Origin: Eledone cirrhosa
Lineage: Eukaryota
DNA length: 64,000 bases
Direction: 5' to 3'
Assembly (NCBI GenBank): GCA_964016885.1
Contig: OZ024752.1
Location: 26,288,001 to 26,352,000, forward strand
Position 1 is the first letter of the stretch; each line of letters opens with the position of its first letter. The notes beneath the pieces are model-generated. The model was not told the DNA's origin, did no database searches, and worked only from the letters and a program-made list of their open reading frames with translations. The translations under genes and the position numbers were made by a program. Shown piece after piece: positions 14,923 through 28,842 of the stretch.

Positions 14923-15179
14923 CGTGTGTGTGTGTGTGCGTGTGGGTGGGGATGAGAGAACGAGAGAGAAAAAGGGTGACGGAGAAAGAGAAAAGTTGGT
15001 ACCTATGCACATGTATGGAAATATAGGCGCACTTGTTGTTGCTGGATCTCCGTCTTTACCGACGATGAGCGTTCTACACACACCTGCAAACTTAACGTAG
15101 TTCACAGAACGTTTCAGAATGAGACAATGTGTAGCAAATGTGGTTTTTTATTTCGAATGGCAGGTACAACTAATTTAGA

Positions 15180-15258
15180 CAACAAGCCGCCGGGATTCGA
15201 ACTCAAGATCGTAAGATCGGGAGGCGAAAGCCCTTACCAGAAAGCCACGATAGGCACA
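15180..15258 (-). mobile_element. tRNA-derived SINE head
   Basis: rc: gtggctttctggtaagg (A box)...gagttcgaatccc (B box). Confidence 0.65.
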
Positions 15259-15899
15259 CATATATAAACACATTGACATAACTAAAATACACCAATGTTT
15301 TGTAACTATTTGTGATGTAATGGCGGAGGGGGACGGGGTACACAAGGCTAGCAATATATGGTTGTATGTAGAAACAGCCGCACATACGTTCACACGTTCA
15401 CTCACATATACACTCAAACATACACATACACACACACATCCACGCACCTTCCACACCTCCACTCACACCTACACTCCCACCTCCATTCACATCTCCATTC
15501 ACACCTAGAATCAAACATACACTCATATATACACTCAAGCATACACACACACACACCCGCGCACCCACCCATACACACCCTCACACACACACCCATCCAC
15601 GCAAACGCTCACACCTACACTATCACCTCCACTCACACTGACACTCTCACCTTCACTCACACATACACTCACACATACACCCGTACACACACCTTCACTC
15701 ACACATACACTCACACCCCCACTCACACACCCACCCACACCTACACTCACCGCCACGCTCACTTTCACTCACACCTACACTCACACCTTCACTCACACCT
15801 TCACTCACACCTGTGACCAACGATGTGTTGATTGTTCGAACAATCGATGTATCTGTATTAATGGCAGTTCTCACTTTACTCACGCACAGTGTCTGTGTG

Positions 15900-15901
15900 T
15901 A

Positions 15902-15941
<40 letters not shown>

Positions 15942-16177
15942 TGTATATATATGTCTATATATATATATGTCTATATATATATTTATATATATATATATAT
16001 TTATATGTATATATATATGTCTATATATTTATATATGTCTATATATATATATATATATGTATATATTTATATATGCCTATATATATATATATGTCTATAT
16101 ATGTCTATAATATATATATATATATGTCTATATATATATGTGTCTATATATATATATAATGTCTATATATATATATA

Positions 16178-16213
<36 letters not shown>

Positions 16214-16239
16214 TATGTCTATATATATGTCTATATATA

Positions 16240-16316
<77 letters not shown>

Positions 16317-16360
16317 TATATATATATATATATATGTCTATATATGTCTATATATATATA

Positions 16361-16404
<44 letters not shown>

Positions 16405-16467
16405 TATATATATATATATATATGTATAATGTCTATATACATGTCTATATATATATATGTCTATATA

Positions 16468-16531
<64 letters not shown>

Positions 16532-16600
16532 TATATATATATATATATATATATGTCTATATATATATATATATGTCTATATATATAAATATATAATATG

Positions 16601-16631
<31 letters not shown>

Positions 16632-16916
16632 GTCTATATATATATGTCTATATATATCTATATATATGTCTATATATATATGTCTATATATATATGTCTA
16701 TATATATATATGTCTATATATATATATGTCTATATATATATATGTCTATATATATATATATGTCTATATATATATGTCTATATATATATCTATATATATG
16801 TCTATATATATATTTATATATATATGTCTATATATATATATTATATATATATGTCTATATATATATATTTATATATATATGTCTATATATATATATATTT
16901 ATTTATATGTATATAT

Positions 16917-16948
<32 letters not shown>

Positions 16949-16953
16949 TTATA

Positions 16954-16996
<43 letters not shown>

Positions 16997-17013
16997 GTAT
17001 ATATATTTATATA

Positions 17014-17072
<59 letters not shown>

Positions 17073-17164
17073 GTTTATATATATATTTGTATATATATAT
17101 ATATATGTTTATATATATATTTATATATATATGTCTATATATATGTCTATATATATGTCTATAT
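15900..17164. repeat. (TA)n tract with periodic GTC interruptions
   Basis: Direct repeat. Confidence 0.95.
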
Positions 17165-17482
17165 ACGATATTAACAAATGGAAACTATATTTATAAAACC
17201 ATATTTATTTCATTATACATATTCCAACAGTAATGGTTGCATTACTTAAAGGTATGTCAATATTTATTTATAAAACTGCTCTATATTATATTTTATCTGA
17301 TGAAAGCACACCATAATTTAACTTGGTGTCCTTGAAATATGTATAATGAAATAAATATGGTTTTATAAATATAGTTTCCATTTGTTAACATCGTATTTTT
17401 ACTCCAATTATTTGTTGACTGCTTTATATCAGTTATAAAAATATTTGCTTGTTGTATCCCAACAATTTAAATAGAACTTCTA
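17165..17482 (+). mobile_element. Family A element with 5' inverted partial copy
   Basis: 17165-17223 is the reverse complement of 17335-17394. Confidence 0.85.
17289..17353 (+). ncRNA. Minimal type I hammerhead (family A)
   Basis: TATTTTAT-CTGATGA-AAGCACACCATAATTTAACTTGGTGTCCTT-GAAA-TATGTA-TA-ATGAAATA. Confidence 0.85.
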
Positions 17483-17536
17483 CATATATGTCTATATATA
17501 TATTTATGTACATATATATATATATATCTCTATATA

Positions 17537-17658
<122 letters not shown>

Positions 17659-17869
17659 TTATATATATATTTATGTACATATATATATATATATATGTCT
17701 ATATATATATTTATGTACATATATATATATGTCGATATATATATTTATGTACATATATATATATATATATGTTATATATGTCTATATATATATATTTATA
17801 TATATATGTATATATATATGCATATGTATATCTCTATATATATATATCGCTATGGACGACGTTTCAGTG

Positions 17870-18195
17870 TTGTCTTGGTAAACTACAGGCTGATCACAAT
17901 GGAGGTTTGACTGGTATTCCTTGGAGAGATCCGTTTCTGGTGGTGATGGAGTATTTTTCTTTATTGATTTGTTTCGGAGTAATGTTGAATAGGACAGGAC
18001 CAGTTAATGTAAACAGGTTGTGTCGCAAAGTAGGTATGTGATGTCAGCTTGATTTTTGTAGAGGGTGAACGATACGGTGTGAAAGCCATAGGTGAGGGCT
18101 GGGGAGATTTTAAAACATATTGCTGACATAATTTGTACAACGCTGGTGGTATATTGTCCTTATTGTACAAATATTGTAATGGTTATGGCGACGTT
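17870..18195 (-). mobile_element. Degenerate CR1/L2-type LINE 3' fragment
   Basis: rc translation [26 protein letters not shown]...LQGIPVKP resembles the CR1 ORF2 C-terminus; stops present. Confidence 0.65.
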
Positions 18196-18236
18196 GGGGG
18201 AGAATAGACAAGACTGAATGTTTTGGGGCGATCCTA

Positions 18237-18705
18237 ATAATTGGTTTCTACTTGAGCACAAGCCCAGCAAATTTGATGAGGTGGAGGAAAGTCGATTAAA
18301 TTAACACCCAGTGCATTACTGGTACTTTATTTTATCGACCTCGTGAGGATGAACGGCAAAGCTAACCACAGTAGGATTTTTAAACTTAGAACGTAAAGGG
18401 CTAAAACTCTATGCTACAAAGCATGGTGTCTGACGCTCTACCGATATTGCTAAACCATCGTCCTAATAATTGTTTCTACTTTTTAGCACAAGGCTAGCAA
18501 TTACCCCAGTGCATTTCTGGTACTTTATTTTATTGACCCCGTAAGGATGAAAGGCAAAGCTAACCTCGGCGGCATTTGAACGTAAAGGGTCATAACTCTA
18601 TGCTTCTAAGCATGGTGCCTGACACTCTACCGATACTGCCCTTTTGTTGGCCTTGTGTCAAAAGCAGAAACAATTATTAGGGTGGTGGATTGGCAGTATC
18701 GGAAC
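18237..18705 (-). mobile_element. Tandem Nin/Deu-domain SINEs (2 units plus short inverted pieces)
   Basis: Same family as 6708-7575. Confidence 0.85.
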
Positions 18706-18717
18706 AATCCCTAAACT

Positions 18718-18769
<52 letters not shown>

Positions 18770-18771
<2 letters not shown>

Positions 18772-19165
18772 CGAAGGAAGTATGGTAAGGAACCAGGTGG
18801 ACCATAACGCACCAGAGTACTCGATACTTTGGGTAGTAAGAAAATAGTCAGGACCCCGATGGCAGAGCTCAAGCCGTTTCGACGGCTATTTCTGGAATAT
18901 TTCTGAACCATTTCTGAAATAGCCGTCGAAACGGCTTCAGCTCTGCTGTCGGGTCCTGACTCTTTTCCTATTATATATATATATATATATAACAAAAGAA
19001 TTGTGGTAACGCACCAGAGTACTCAATACTTAGGGTAGTAGAGTGAGAAATAGGAAAAAGTATGACACCGACGGCAGAGCTCAAGCCGTTTCGACGGCTA
19101 TTTCAGTCCAGAAATAGCCGTCGAAACGGCTTGAGCTCTGCCGCCGGGGTCATACTTTTTCCTAT
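18770..19165. mobile_element. Family F fold-back element, two adjacent copies in (TA)n
   Basis: gagctcaagccgtttcgacggctatttc...gaaatagccgtcgaaacggcttgagctc palindromes centred ~18903 and ~19107. Confidence 0.85.
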
Positions 19166-19544
19166 ATATATATATATATTTCGCTATATATATATATATT
19201 CGTGTGTGTGAGGTGGTGGTGTATGAACCACTTTCGATCCACCTGTGCGACGTTGCGCATCCCTGATGTAGATTCTGTTGAGTTCAAAATTAATTTCTAA
19301 ATTTCCAAAATACACCTCAGTACCATTATACTGTTTGTCACGACACATGTTCGACCGTTGCTACACTTTCAAAGGGAAATAATCTCGTTCTGAACTTGGT
19401 GGTTATTCTTATCAGTTGTCGTCAAACAGGCAGACAGCAAGACAATAATGCAAGGAAAATAAATGGCATGTGTTAGTGCTGGAGGTGGCAACTGTCAAAG
19501 AGAACATAAGATAAAGCGGCGAGATGTTATGCTTACGTAGTCGA

Positions 19545-19795
19545 TCGACAAGATCTAGACCTCATTCGCTTAACGAGTGGAGTGGAGCTTGTAAAATCGG
19601 ACCGTTGAAACAATGTTTCCATTGGTCATTCCAATTGCTAAGGCAGTACTATCTATCGGTCGCAAATCCAGACAGAAAGAGCAACGTAAGATAAAGTGTA
19701 TTGCTTAAGGACACGACGCACCACCCGGTCCGGGAATCGAACTCACAACCTCACGATTGGGAAATCAATTCTCTAACTACACAGCCACGCACCTC
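19545..19795 (-). mobile_element. tRNA-derived SINE
   Basis: gggaatcgaactcacaacc B-box rc; similar to 32525-32742. Confidence 0.75.
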
Positions 19796-20148
19796 AATGA
19801 ATATATATTATATCGTGCTAACTCTAAAAGTTATATATATAACTTAATGTTTCAACAACATCAATCTGTTGCCTAGGTTATTAACATCAAAACTAAATGA
19901 TCCTGTGGAAATTCTCGGTTTAATTAGAAGCTGCCACCATGTATTTAAAGATCAATATCAGATTTTAAATGTTTTATTCATGTTATACACACACACACAT
20001 GTATATATGTAAGTATATGTGTGTATGTGTATATACACACATAAATAATAATAGCAATACACTTGATAACATACATACAATACGACAAAATGAATCAAAT
20101 GAATTTACCCAATGACTGAAAATACGATATGGAGATATGCACCTACAC

Positions 20149-20241
<93 letters not shown>

Positions 20242-21044
20242 GCGAAAGAAAGAACACTTGCTGGTATTTTCAAAGGAATCGCTAATAGATATCAATTGAC
20301 TAAACTTTTGGGGGAGTCTCTCTTAATATATTCTTTTTGTATCACCAACATGCACCAAGAAGATCAGAAATATATTAAAAATTGGTGTCACCACCTCAAC
20401 CTCCACCACTACCACCACCACCACCACCACCACATCTACGTTATCCAACACCACACGCTTAAAATTTCCCTGGCCAACGAAGATACTCTATGTGGTACCT
20501 CGACCTGATAAAAGTAACGGCGAAATCTCCCTCAAATCACACATTGCCATTTTAAAGAAAGACACTTTCCAGAAAAACACACACAAACACATATATACAG
20601 AGTGAGAGGGAATGAAAGAGTGAGAGAATGAGAGAATGAGAGAGGGAGTGAGAGAGTGAGAGAGAGAGAGAGAGAAAGGGTTATAGAGAAAGACACCTTC
20701 GAGAAAAACAACAACAACAAAACATTACAAAAAACGAGTTGAGAAAAACAACAACAACAAAACATTACAAAAAACGAGTTGATCACAGTTGGAAGGCCTT
20801 TGATATTAGGTTTGCTCAATTACTACTATTAGGTTTGCTCAACTACTACTACTACTGCCACCATCACACAATTGCTACCATAATATTTGCAACCAACACC
20901 AGAACCACAGCAAATAACACCTCCATAGCTACCACAACTCTACTACAGCATAACCATTCAACCATTGAGCTACGAATTGGTAGACTCGTTATAGCGTCAT
21001 TTTGAATACCTTGTGGCATTTGTTCCGATTTTCCATGCTCTAAT

Positions 21045-21305
21045 TTCATCAGGCCAGGGCTTATCCCAGTTTCCTTGGCGTTAAGCGACTGAGAGTAGAA
21101 GACTCTCCCCGTATAAGACGCCGATCTATCGCGGGATTAACTCTGCAGCTACTACTGGTACTCATTCTTAGTAAAGTGTAATGTAACAATTAGAGAAATA
21201 AAGTGTTTTGCTCACGAACACAACACATCAGCCTGACCAGGAATCGAACCGACGACATTAAGATCTTACGCCAAGCACCCTAGCCATTAGGCCATGCGAC
21301 TCCAC
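21045..21305 (-). mobile_element. tRNA-derived SINE
   Basis: ccaggaatcgaaccgacgac head rc; similar to 58245-58490. Confidence 0.75.
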
Positions 21306-21554
21306 TACTAATAACAGTAAAAAAACCCCAGCATTCAACTCTTCTACAACAACTGGTACAAACAAAAGTACAACTGCCATTACAGCCACCACCACTGCCG
21401 CCACATTGCACCCAACATTTATAGGGCCACAATAAAACATCAACTACAACCTCTACCACAATTGATACCACTTATCGGTTTTTCTTCTACTATTACCACC
21501 ATCACCACCGTTCAAAATCTTTTCAGCACACCCTAACTCTATACTGCAAAGCCT

Positions 21555-21782
21555 GGCAGTATCGGTAGAGGGTCGGACGCCATGGGTGCATAGAGTTACG
21601 GCCCTTTAGTGTTTACCTTTGCCTTTCATTGGATTGGCAGAATCGGTAGAGGGTCGGACGCCATGCTTTGCAGCAAAGAGTTACGGCCCTTTAGTGTCTG
21701 AGTTCAAATCCCGCCGAGGTTAACTTTGCCTTTCATCCTTATAGGGTCGATAAAATAAAGAACCAGTAATACACTGGGATGA
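21555..21782 (+). mobile_element. Nin/Deu-domain SINE with partial internal duplication
   Basis: ctgagttcaaatcccgccgaggttaactttgcctttcatccttatagggtcgataaaataaag. Confidence 0.85.
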
Positions 21783-21787
21783 TTGCT

Positions 21788-22440
21788 AGTGGTGGTGGTG
21801 GTGGTGGTGATGCTGTTAATGGTGGTGGTGGTGGTTGTGATGGTGGTGGTGATGGTGGTGATGGCTGTGGTTGTAATGCTGGTGGAGGTGGTGATGGTAG
21901 TGCTGGTGGTAGTGTTGATGGTGGTGGTGATGGTGGTGCTACTGGTGGTGATGGTGGTATTGGTGGTGGTGGTGATGGTGGTGCTATTGGTAGTGATGGT
22001 AGTATTGGTGGTGGTGATGGTGGTGTTAGTTGTAATGATTGTGGTAGTGGTGGTGATGCTGGTAATGGTGGTGGTAGTGGTGTTGGTGGTGGTAGTACTG
22101 GTGATGGTGGTGATGTTAGTGCTGGTGGTGGTGGCGGCGGCAATAGTGTTGTTGTTGTTGTTGTTGTTGTAATGCTTGTGGTGATGGTAGTGGTGATGGT
22201 GGTGGTTATGGTAGTGGTGGTGATGGGGCTGGTTGTGATGGTGGTGTTATTTGTAATGCTAGTGGTGGTGATGATGGTGGTGGTGATGATGGTAGTGGTG
22301 GTAGTGGTGGTAGTGGTGGTGGTAGTACTGGTGATGGTGGTGATATTAGTGCTGGTGGTGGTGCTGGCGACGGCAGTAGTGTTGTTGTTGTTGTCGTTGG
22401 TGGTGGTGGTGGTTGTGGGTGGAGGTATTTATGATGTTGT
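21788..22440. repeat. (GGT)n tract
   Basis: Direct repeat. Confidence 0.9.
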
Positions 22441-23018
22441 AATTGGAGGTGGCGAAGGAGGAGTGGTGGTTAAGATTTGTTGATAGTAGTGATAGCAGAG
22501 GTGGTGGCAGCGGGGAGAATTTATTGACGGGATGTCGGTGTGTGTGTGTCAGTGAGTATATGTATGTGTACGTGCATGTGAGCGCGCCAGTGTATGTATG
22601 TATGTGTATGTGTATGTGTATGTGCGCGTCTGTGTATGTGTGTGTGTATGTATATTTGGGTATGCGTGTGCGTATGTGTGTGCGTATGTATGTGCCTAGG
22701 TGTGTGTGTGTGTGTGTATGTATGTATGTGTGTATGTATGTGTGTATGTATGTATGTATGTTTGTGTATGTGTGTGCCTATGTGTGTGTGTGTGTGCATG
22801 TGTGTGTGTGCGTGTGTGTGTGTGTATGTATGTTTGTGTATGTGTGCGTCTGTCTATGCGTGCGTGTATATATGTTTGAGTACGTGTGTGTGTGTGTATG
22901 TGTGTATATGCGTGTATGTGTGCGTTTATGTGTGCGTTTATGTGTGTATGTATATGACTGTTTGTGTATGTGTGTGTGTGTATGTCTGTGTGTGTGTGTA
23001 TGCGTGTGTTTATGTGTA

Positions 23019-23049
<31 letters not shown>

Positions 23050-23589
23050 ATATTTGTATGTGTGTAGGATGTGTGTAAGAGAGGTGTGTTCTACTTGCGA
23101 TGTCGTCTGGAAGTTTGATTGGATGGATTAGAGGAAGGGGGGGGGTGCTCGCATTTGGGATGATATGTCAGGTAGCGTTGAGTACCTGTGTGTGTATATG
23201 TTAGTGTGTGTGTGTGTGACGGAGAGAGGAAGAGAGAGAGGGAGGGAGAGAGAGGAAGAGAGGGGGAGGGGGCGTAGAGAAAAGATTGAAAGTCACGTGA
23301 GCAAGATGTGTGTATGTGTATGTATGTGTGTGTATGTGTATGTATGTATGTGTGTATGTATGTTTGTGTATGTATATGTGTATGTATGTATGTGTATATG
23401 TATGTGTGTATGAGTGTGTATGTGTATGCGTATGTGTGTGTGTGTATGTGTATGCGTATGTGTATGTGTGTTAGATGCTTAACTGGATGAGTGGATGAAT
23501 GATGGGTGGGCGGGTGGATGTATATTTAGAGGGGTGGACGGGTGGGTGATGGGATGGATGTGTGGGTGGATGGATGGGTTAATGGGTGG

Positions 23590-23975
23590 ATGCATAGTTA
23601 GAAGGGTGGGTAGGTGGAGGAGGTGTGGGTGGGTGTATAGTTAGAGGGGTGGTAGGGTAGATGGGTAGATGGAAGGAAGTGTGGGTGGGTGTATAGTTAG
23701 AGGGGTGGGTAGGTGGGTAGATGGAAGGAAGAGTGGGTGGGTGTATAGTTAGAGGGGTGGGTAGGTGGGTAGATGGAAGGAAGTGTGGGCGGGTGTATAG
23801 TTAGAGGGGTGGGTAGGTGGGTAGATGGAAGGAAGTGTGGGCGGGTGTATAGTTAGAGGGGTGGGTAGGTGGGTAGATGGGAGGAAGTGTGGGCGGGTGT
23901 ATAGTTAGAGGGGTGGTAGGGTGGAGGAGGTGTGGGCGGATGTATAGTTAGAGGGGTGGGTAGGTAGGTGGATGC
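23590..23975. repeat. G-rich 52-bp minisatellite
   Basis: gtatagttagaggggtgggtaggtgggtagatggaaggaagtgtgggcgggt at 23691, 23743, 23795, 23847. Confidence 0.9.
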
Positions 23976-24321
23976 ATGGATCGGCGGGTGGATTGCATAT
24001 GGGGGTGTTCGGGAGGGCGGTAGATAGATATTCGACACTGCTATTTAACAGAGCCAGCTTGGTGTATGGACCGAGCCGGGTGAAAGGAGATATTCGTATA
24101 AATAATAACAATATCATACTCCAGCCTGCACATAAACATATATACACATATATACACATAAACATGTATACAGCTAAACATATATAATCATGAGTATATA
24201 TACATGTATTAAGTACATATTACACACATAGGTATATATATAACCTAACGTAAACATAAATATATACATACATATATATATAAATATATATATATCTTAA
24301 CATAAACATAAGTATATATAT

Positions 24322-24419
<98 letters not shown>

Positions 24420-24965
24420 GTAAGTATATATATAACTAAACGTATAAAAACATAAGTATATAAATATACGTGTAAGCATATAGACACCTAAAGATATTAA
24501 CACATAGATATATATATACAGTAAACATATATATATACATATATACATATAAGCATATATACACATAGATACGTATACACATAAGTATATATATATATAC
24601 ATATTTATACACATAAATATATATCTCACATAAGTATATACATATACATAAACACATATACACACGAAAACATATACATACACATATATACACACATAAA
24701 CATATTTTTATATTACCTGATTCTTCCCGGCAAACAACAACAACAACAACACAACATAAACATTTTGGTAGGTTTGATGGGTTTATATTTTTTCAACTTT
24801 TACTTCGTCATATTGTTGTTTTGTTTTATATTTTCTGGATGTTTTTTTGTTGACGTTGTTGTTGTTGGTGTTATTTTCGTTATCATTATCTATATAAAAA
24901 TCATAATAAAATATGATACAGGCACACATTCACACACATATATATAAAATAACATGTAATATTAT

Positions 24966-25024
<59 letters not shown>

Positions 25025-25073
25025 AATTATGTATATATATGTATATATATGTATATATATATATATATGTAGT

Positions 25074-25116
<43 letters not shown>

Positions 25117-25362
25117 GTATATATACATGTATATATATATATTCACATATATATATATATATATATATATATGTGTATCTATATATATATATATGTATGT
25201 ATTTATATATATGTATGTATTTATATATGTGTATATATGTATGTATATATGTATGTATATATATGTATATATATATGTATATATGTATATATATGTATAC
25301 GTGTATATATATGTAGATATATATATGTAGATATATATATGTATGCATATATATATGTATAC

Positions 25363-25401
<39 letters not shown>

Positions 25402-25699
25402 ATATATATATGTATATATGTATATATATATATATATATGAGAATTAAGAATTAAAATACTAGAGTGTGTTGGAGTTAAACACCCTCTTCATATTATAGA
25501 AATGACAGTATAGGATATAGCTCAATGTAATTAAACAGAGCCGAAGAATTATAAAAAAATATACATATATATATATATATATGTATATGTATATATATGT
25601 ATATATATATATATATGTATATAAATATATATATATGTATATATGTATATGTATATAAATATATATATATATGTATATATGTATGTATACATATATATG

Positions 25700-25752
<53 letters not shown>

Positions 25753-25769
25753 GTATATATATATGTATG

Positions 25770-25820
<51 letters not shown>

Positions 25821-25833
25821 GTATATATATACA

Positions 25834-25867
<34 letters not shown>

Positions 25868-25977
25868 GTATTTATATATATATGTATATATATGTATATA
25901 TATATACAGTATATATGTATATATATATATGTATATATATATTTATATATATATATGTATCTATCTATATATATATT

Positions 25978-26087
<110 letters not shown>

Positions 26088-26322
26088 TATATATGTATAT
26101 GTATATATATATGTGTATGTGTGTGTATTCATATATGTATATATGTAATATATATATATATGGATGTATACATATATGTATATATGTAATATATATATGT
26201 AGGAGGTGAGTTTTATTGTAGTACAATAAAGCAATGCAAATATCGGACAAGAAGCACTCTACAGTTGGTAGGACTGGAGTATAAATAATATAAGATCGAA
26301 AGATGGTTAAAAGAGTTCCAAG

Positions 26323-26390
26323 TATTTTATTATGCGCATTTCAAAAACAAATATCATCATGGGATGATATCTGCGTTTATATCAACATAT
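26323..26390 (-). ncRNA. Partial hammerhead (3' half intact)
   Basis: rc: long hairpin GCAGATATCATC/GATGATATTTGT-GAAA-TGCGCA-TA-ATAAAATA; no canonical CUGANGA upstream. Confidence 0.5.
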
Positions 26391-26474
26391 GTTGATTTAA
26401 AACTTCATATATATGTATATATATACATGTATATGTATATATATACATGTATATGTATATATATATGTCCATTA

Positions 26475-26512
26475 CGAGTTGAGGATCCGCTAAGGTGAAA
26501 CAATTGTTCTCG
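26475..26512 (+). ncRNA. Minimal hammerhead (family G; element 26468-26609)
   Basis: CGAG-TTGAGGA-TCCGCTAAGGT-GAAA-CAATTG-TT-CTCG; second, truncated copy at 40597-40726(-). Confidence 0.65.
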
Positions 26513-26606
26513 GTATGGTGAACTAACTGTTGTGTAACCACTTCTACCTAACTCGTCCCATGGACTGAGTGCTCTACCACTACGGATATTACCTTCAGTG
26601 TTCTAC

Positions 26607-26656
<50 letters not shown>

Positions 26657-26795
26657 ATGTATATATATGTATGTGTGTATGTATATATATGTATGTGTGT
26701 ATGTATATATATGTATGTGTGTATGTGTATATATGTATGTATATATGTGTATATATAAATAGATATATTTATATATATATATATGTTCATATATG

Positions 26796-26826
<31 letters not shown>

Positions 26827-26876
26827 TTTATATATGTATTTATCTCTCTATCTACCTATATATATAATATCTAATT

Positions 26877-27115
26877 AAAAGTGAACAACACAAAATATAA
26901 CTACTCCATTACCAAAGGTTTCTGGATCACAGACAATAATAATATAGACGTCTGGATCGGTCGTCAGATAGATATGTTATCATCTCTATCTGACGACCGA
27001 TCCAGACGTCTATATTATTATTGTCTGTGATCCAGAAATCTTTGGTAATGGAGTAGTTATATTTTGTGTTGTTCACTTTCTGATTAAATAGCTCTGTTCT
27101 ATACTTAGAGCACTC
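26877..27115. mobile_element. Fold-back element with two inverted hammerheads
   Basis: Arms 26877-26973 / 26984-27079; + copy 26984-27053 CTCTAT-CTGACGA-...-GAAA-TCTTTGG-TA-ATGGAG; - copy 26904-26972 with GAAA-CCTTTGG-TA. Confidence 0.8.
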
Positions 27116-27177
27116 TTTTTTCCTTTGCTTTTCATCTGGAATTACGTAACACACACACGCACGCACACACACGCACG

Positions 27178-27315
<138 letters not shown>

Positions 27316-27487
27316 TGTGTTTTTATTTCTCCGTCTGTTTTGACAATATAGTTGAAGACTTTGCTACGACTATACTATCAAATTATTTGATCTGCTAAAT
27401 CCGAAATATTATGTATTGGGTCCGGTTAAAACCGGGGTTCTAATCTGTCTGTGATTGTGTGTGTGTGTAAATATATATATATATATA

Positions 27488-27842
27488 GGTAAACGGAATA
27501 GAAAATGCTGACAAATTGTTCACAGTTGAAAAATGGTTTAATTAGGAATAAAAGAGTATTAGTGATTGTATGGGTTAGTATTCAGTTGTGGTTTTAAGTT
27601 TTTAAGAGCAAAGCAAACAGCACGGACACTCTATCTCAAAATTATTTTTGAAAAGCATTTAGAAATGCGCAACCGGTAAAAACTTAAAAAACTTAAAACC
27701 ACAACTGAATACTAACCCATACAATCACTAATACTCTTTTATTCCTAATTAAACAACCATTTTTCAACTGTGAACAATTTGTCAGCATTTTCTATTCCGT
27801 TTACCAATATATAATAACTTGTGTGTTACACCTCTATTCTTT

Positions 27843-27847
<5 letters not shown>
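27488..27847 (+). mobile_element. Family K element with 5' inverted arm and variant hammerhead (27645-27681)
   Basis: 27488-27606 is rc of 27685-27805; TTT-TTGAAAA-GCATTTAGAAATGC-GCAA-CCGG-TA-AAA; relative at 62063-62470. Confidence 0.75.
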
Positions 27848-27908
<61 letters not shown>

Positions 27909-28033
27909 AAAACCCTACTACCATATTCTCTGAATAACTATATTGAGATACAGTATCACAACGGCCAGCTTATCTCATTGAGTGAGTGGGTCATGGTCGG
28001 AGGTCGCTGAAATAACTCCGGTGACTTTCGTAG

Positions 28034-28090
<57 letters not shown>

Positions 28091-28214
28091 GCGGTCATCT
28101 GTATGTATGTATTTGTGTATATTACAGTAAAGTTGTTAACGTGTTTGTCTAACAAGTTGGAATAAACTATTTATGATCGCTCCTATATGCGTATATATAT
28201 ATATATATATTTAT

Positions 28215-28318
28215 AGTAATAATAATAAATACGAAGGCTAAAATCCGAATATTCTGAAGATACCGTTAAGGGTGAAAGCAGCGATTCTTTGCTTAAACTT
28301 TAATCTGTTATTTTAATA
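28215..28318 (+). mobile_element. Family H TA-embedded element with hammerhead-like core
   Basis: CTGAAGA-TACCGTTAAGGGT-GAAAGCAGCGATTC; copies at 44515-44640 and 59820-59978 read CAGAAGA; stem I not evident. Confidence 0.6.
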
Positions 28319-28536
28319 TATATATATATATATATATGAGCTGTACCAAAGTGATATAAATATATCGAAAAGTACGTCTGGAGATGATGCAAAAGAAGTA
28401 AACAATGTGTGATACTTAACGTTACCTCAATTTGAACCATCACAGATAATTGGCAACAGGCCATTTCATAAAACTAGAGGAAAATACTTCCACGAGAAAC
28501 AAAACTTCACGCAATGTTTTTACATTAAAAAGTAAA

Positions 28537-28625
28537 TACCGTATGTATATTCTTGTAAAGTCGAATTTTTTTAAGATTAATTTTTTTAGGTTAAATTTAT
28601 GGGGTCGACTAATACTTGGATACTA
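28537..28625 (+). mobile_element. Tc1/mariner (pogo/Tc2-like) terminal inverted repeat remnant
   Basis: taccgtatgtatattcttgtaaagtcgaa...ggggtcgactaatac resembles TACCGTA-type TIRs; partner end not found. Confidence 0.45.
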
Positions 28626-28778
28626 CTTTCAGTGAGCTGAGTTTTATACTACAGTCCAAAATATTGTATCAATAAACTGAAGCTCAAACGGACTATAGAT
28701 GAATATATCGAGAATATATCGTGAATATATCGACCAATGGTATTAATGGGAATTCCGTACAATGTGGACCATATATAG

Positions 28779-28818
<40 letters not shown>

Positions 28819-28842
28819 CTATCTATCTATCTATCTATCTAT

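Noticed and set aside
15180-15258. tRNA genes (also 19720-19795, 32670-32742, 44976-45047, 58243-58295)
   Set aside because: A/B boxes are present but cloverleafs are degenerate and most continue into SINE cores; these are SINE heads.
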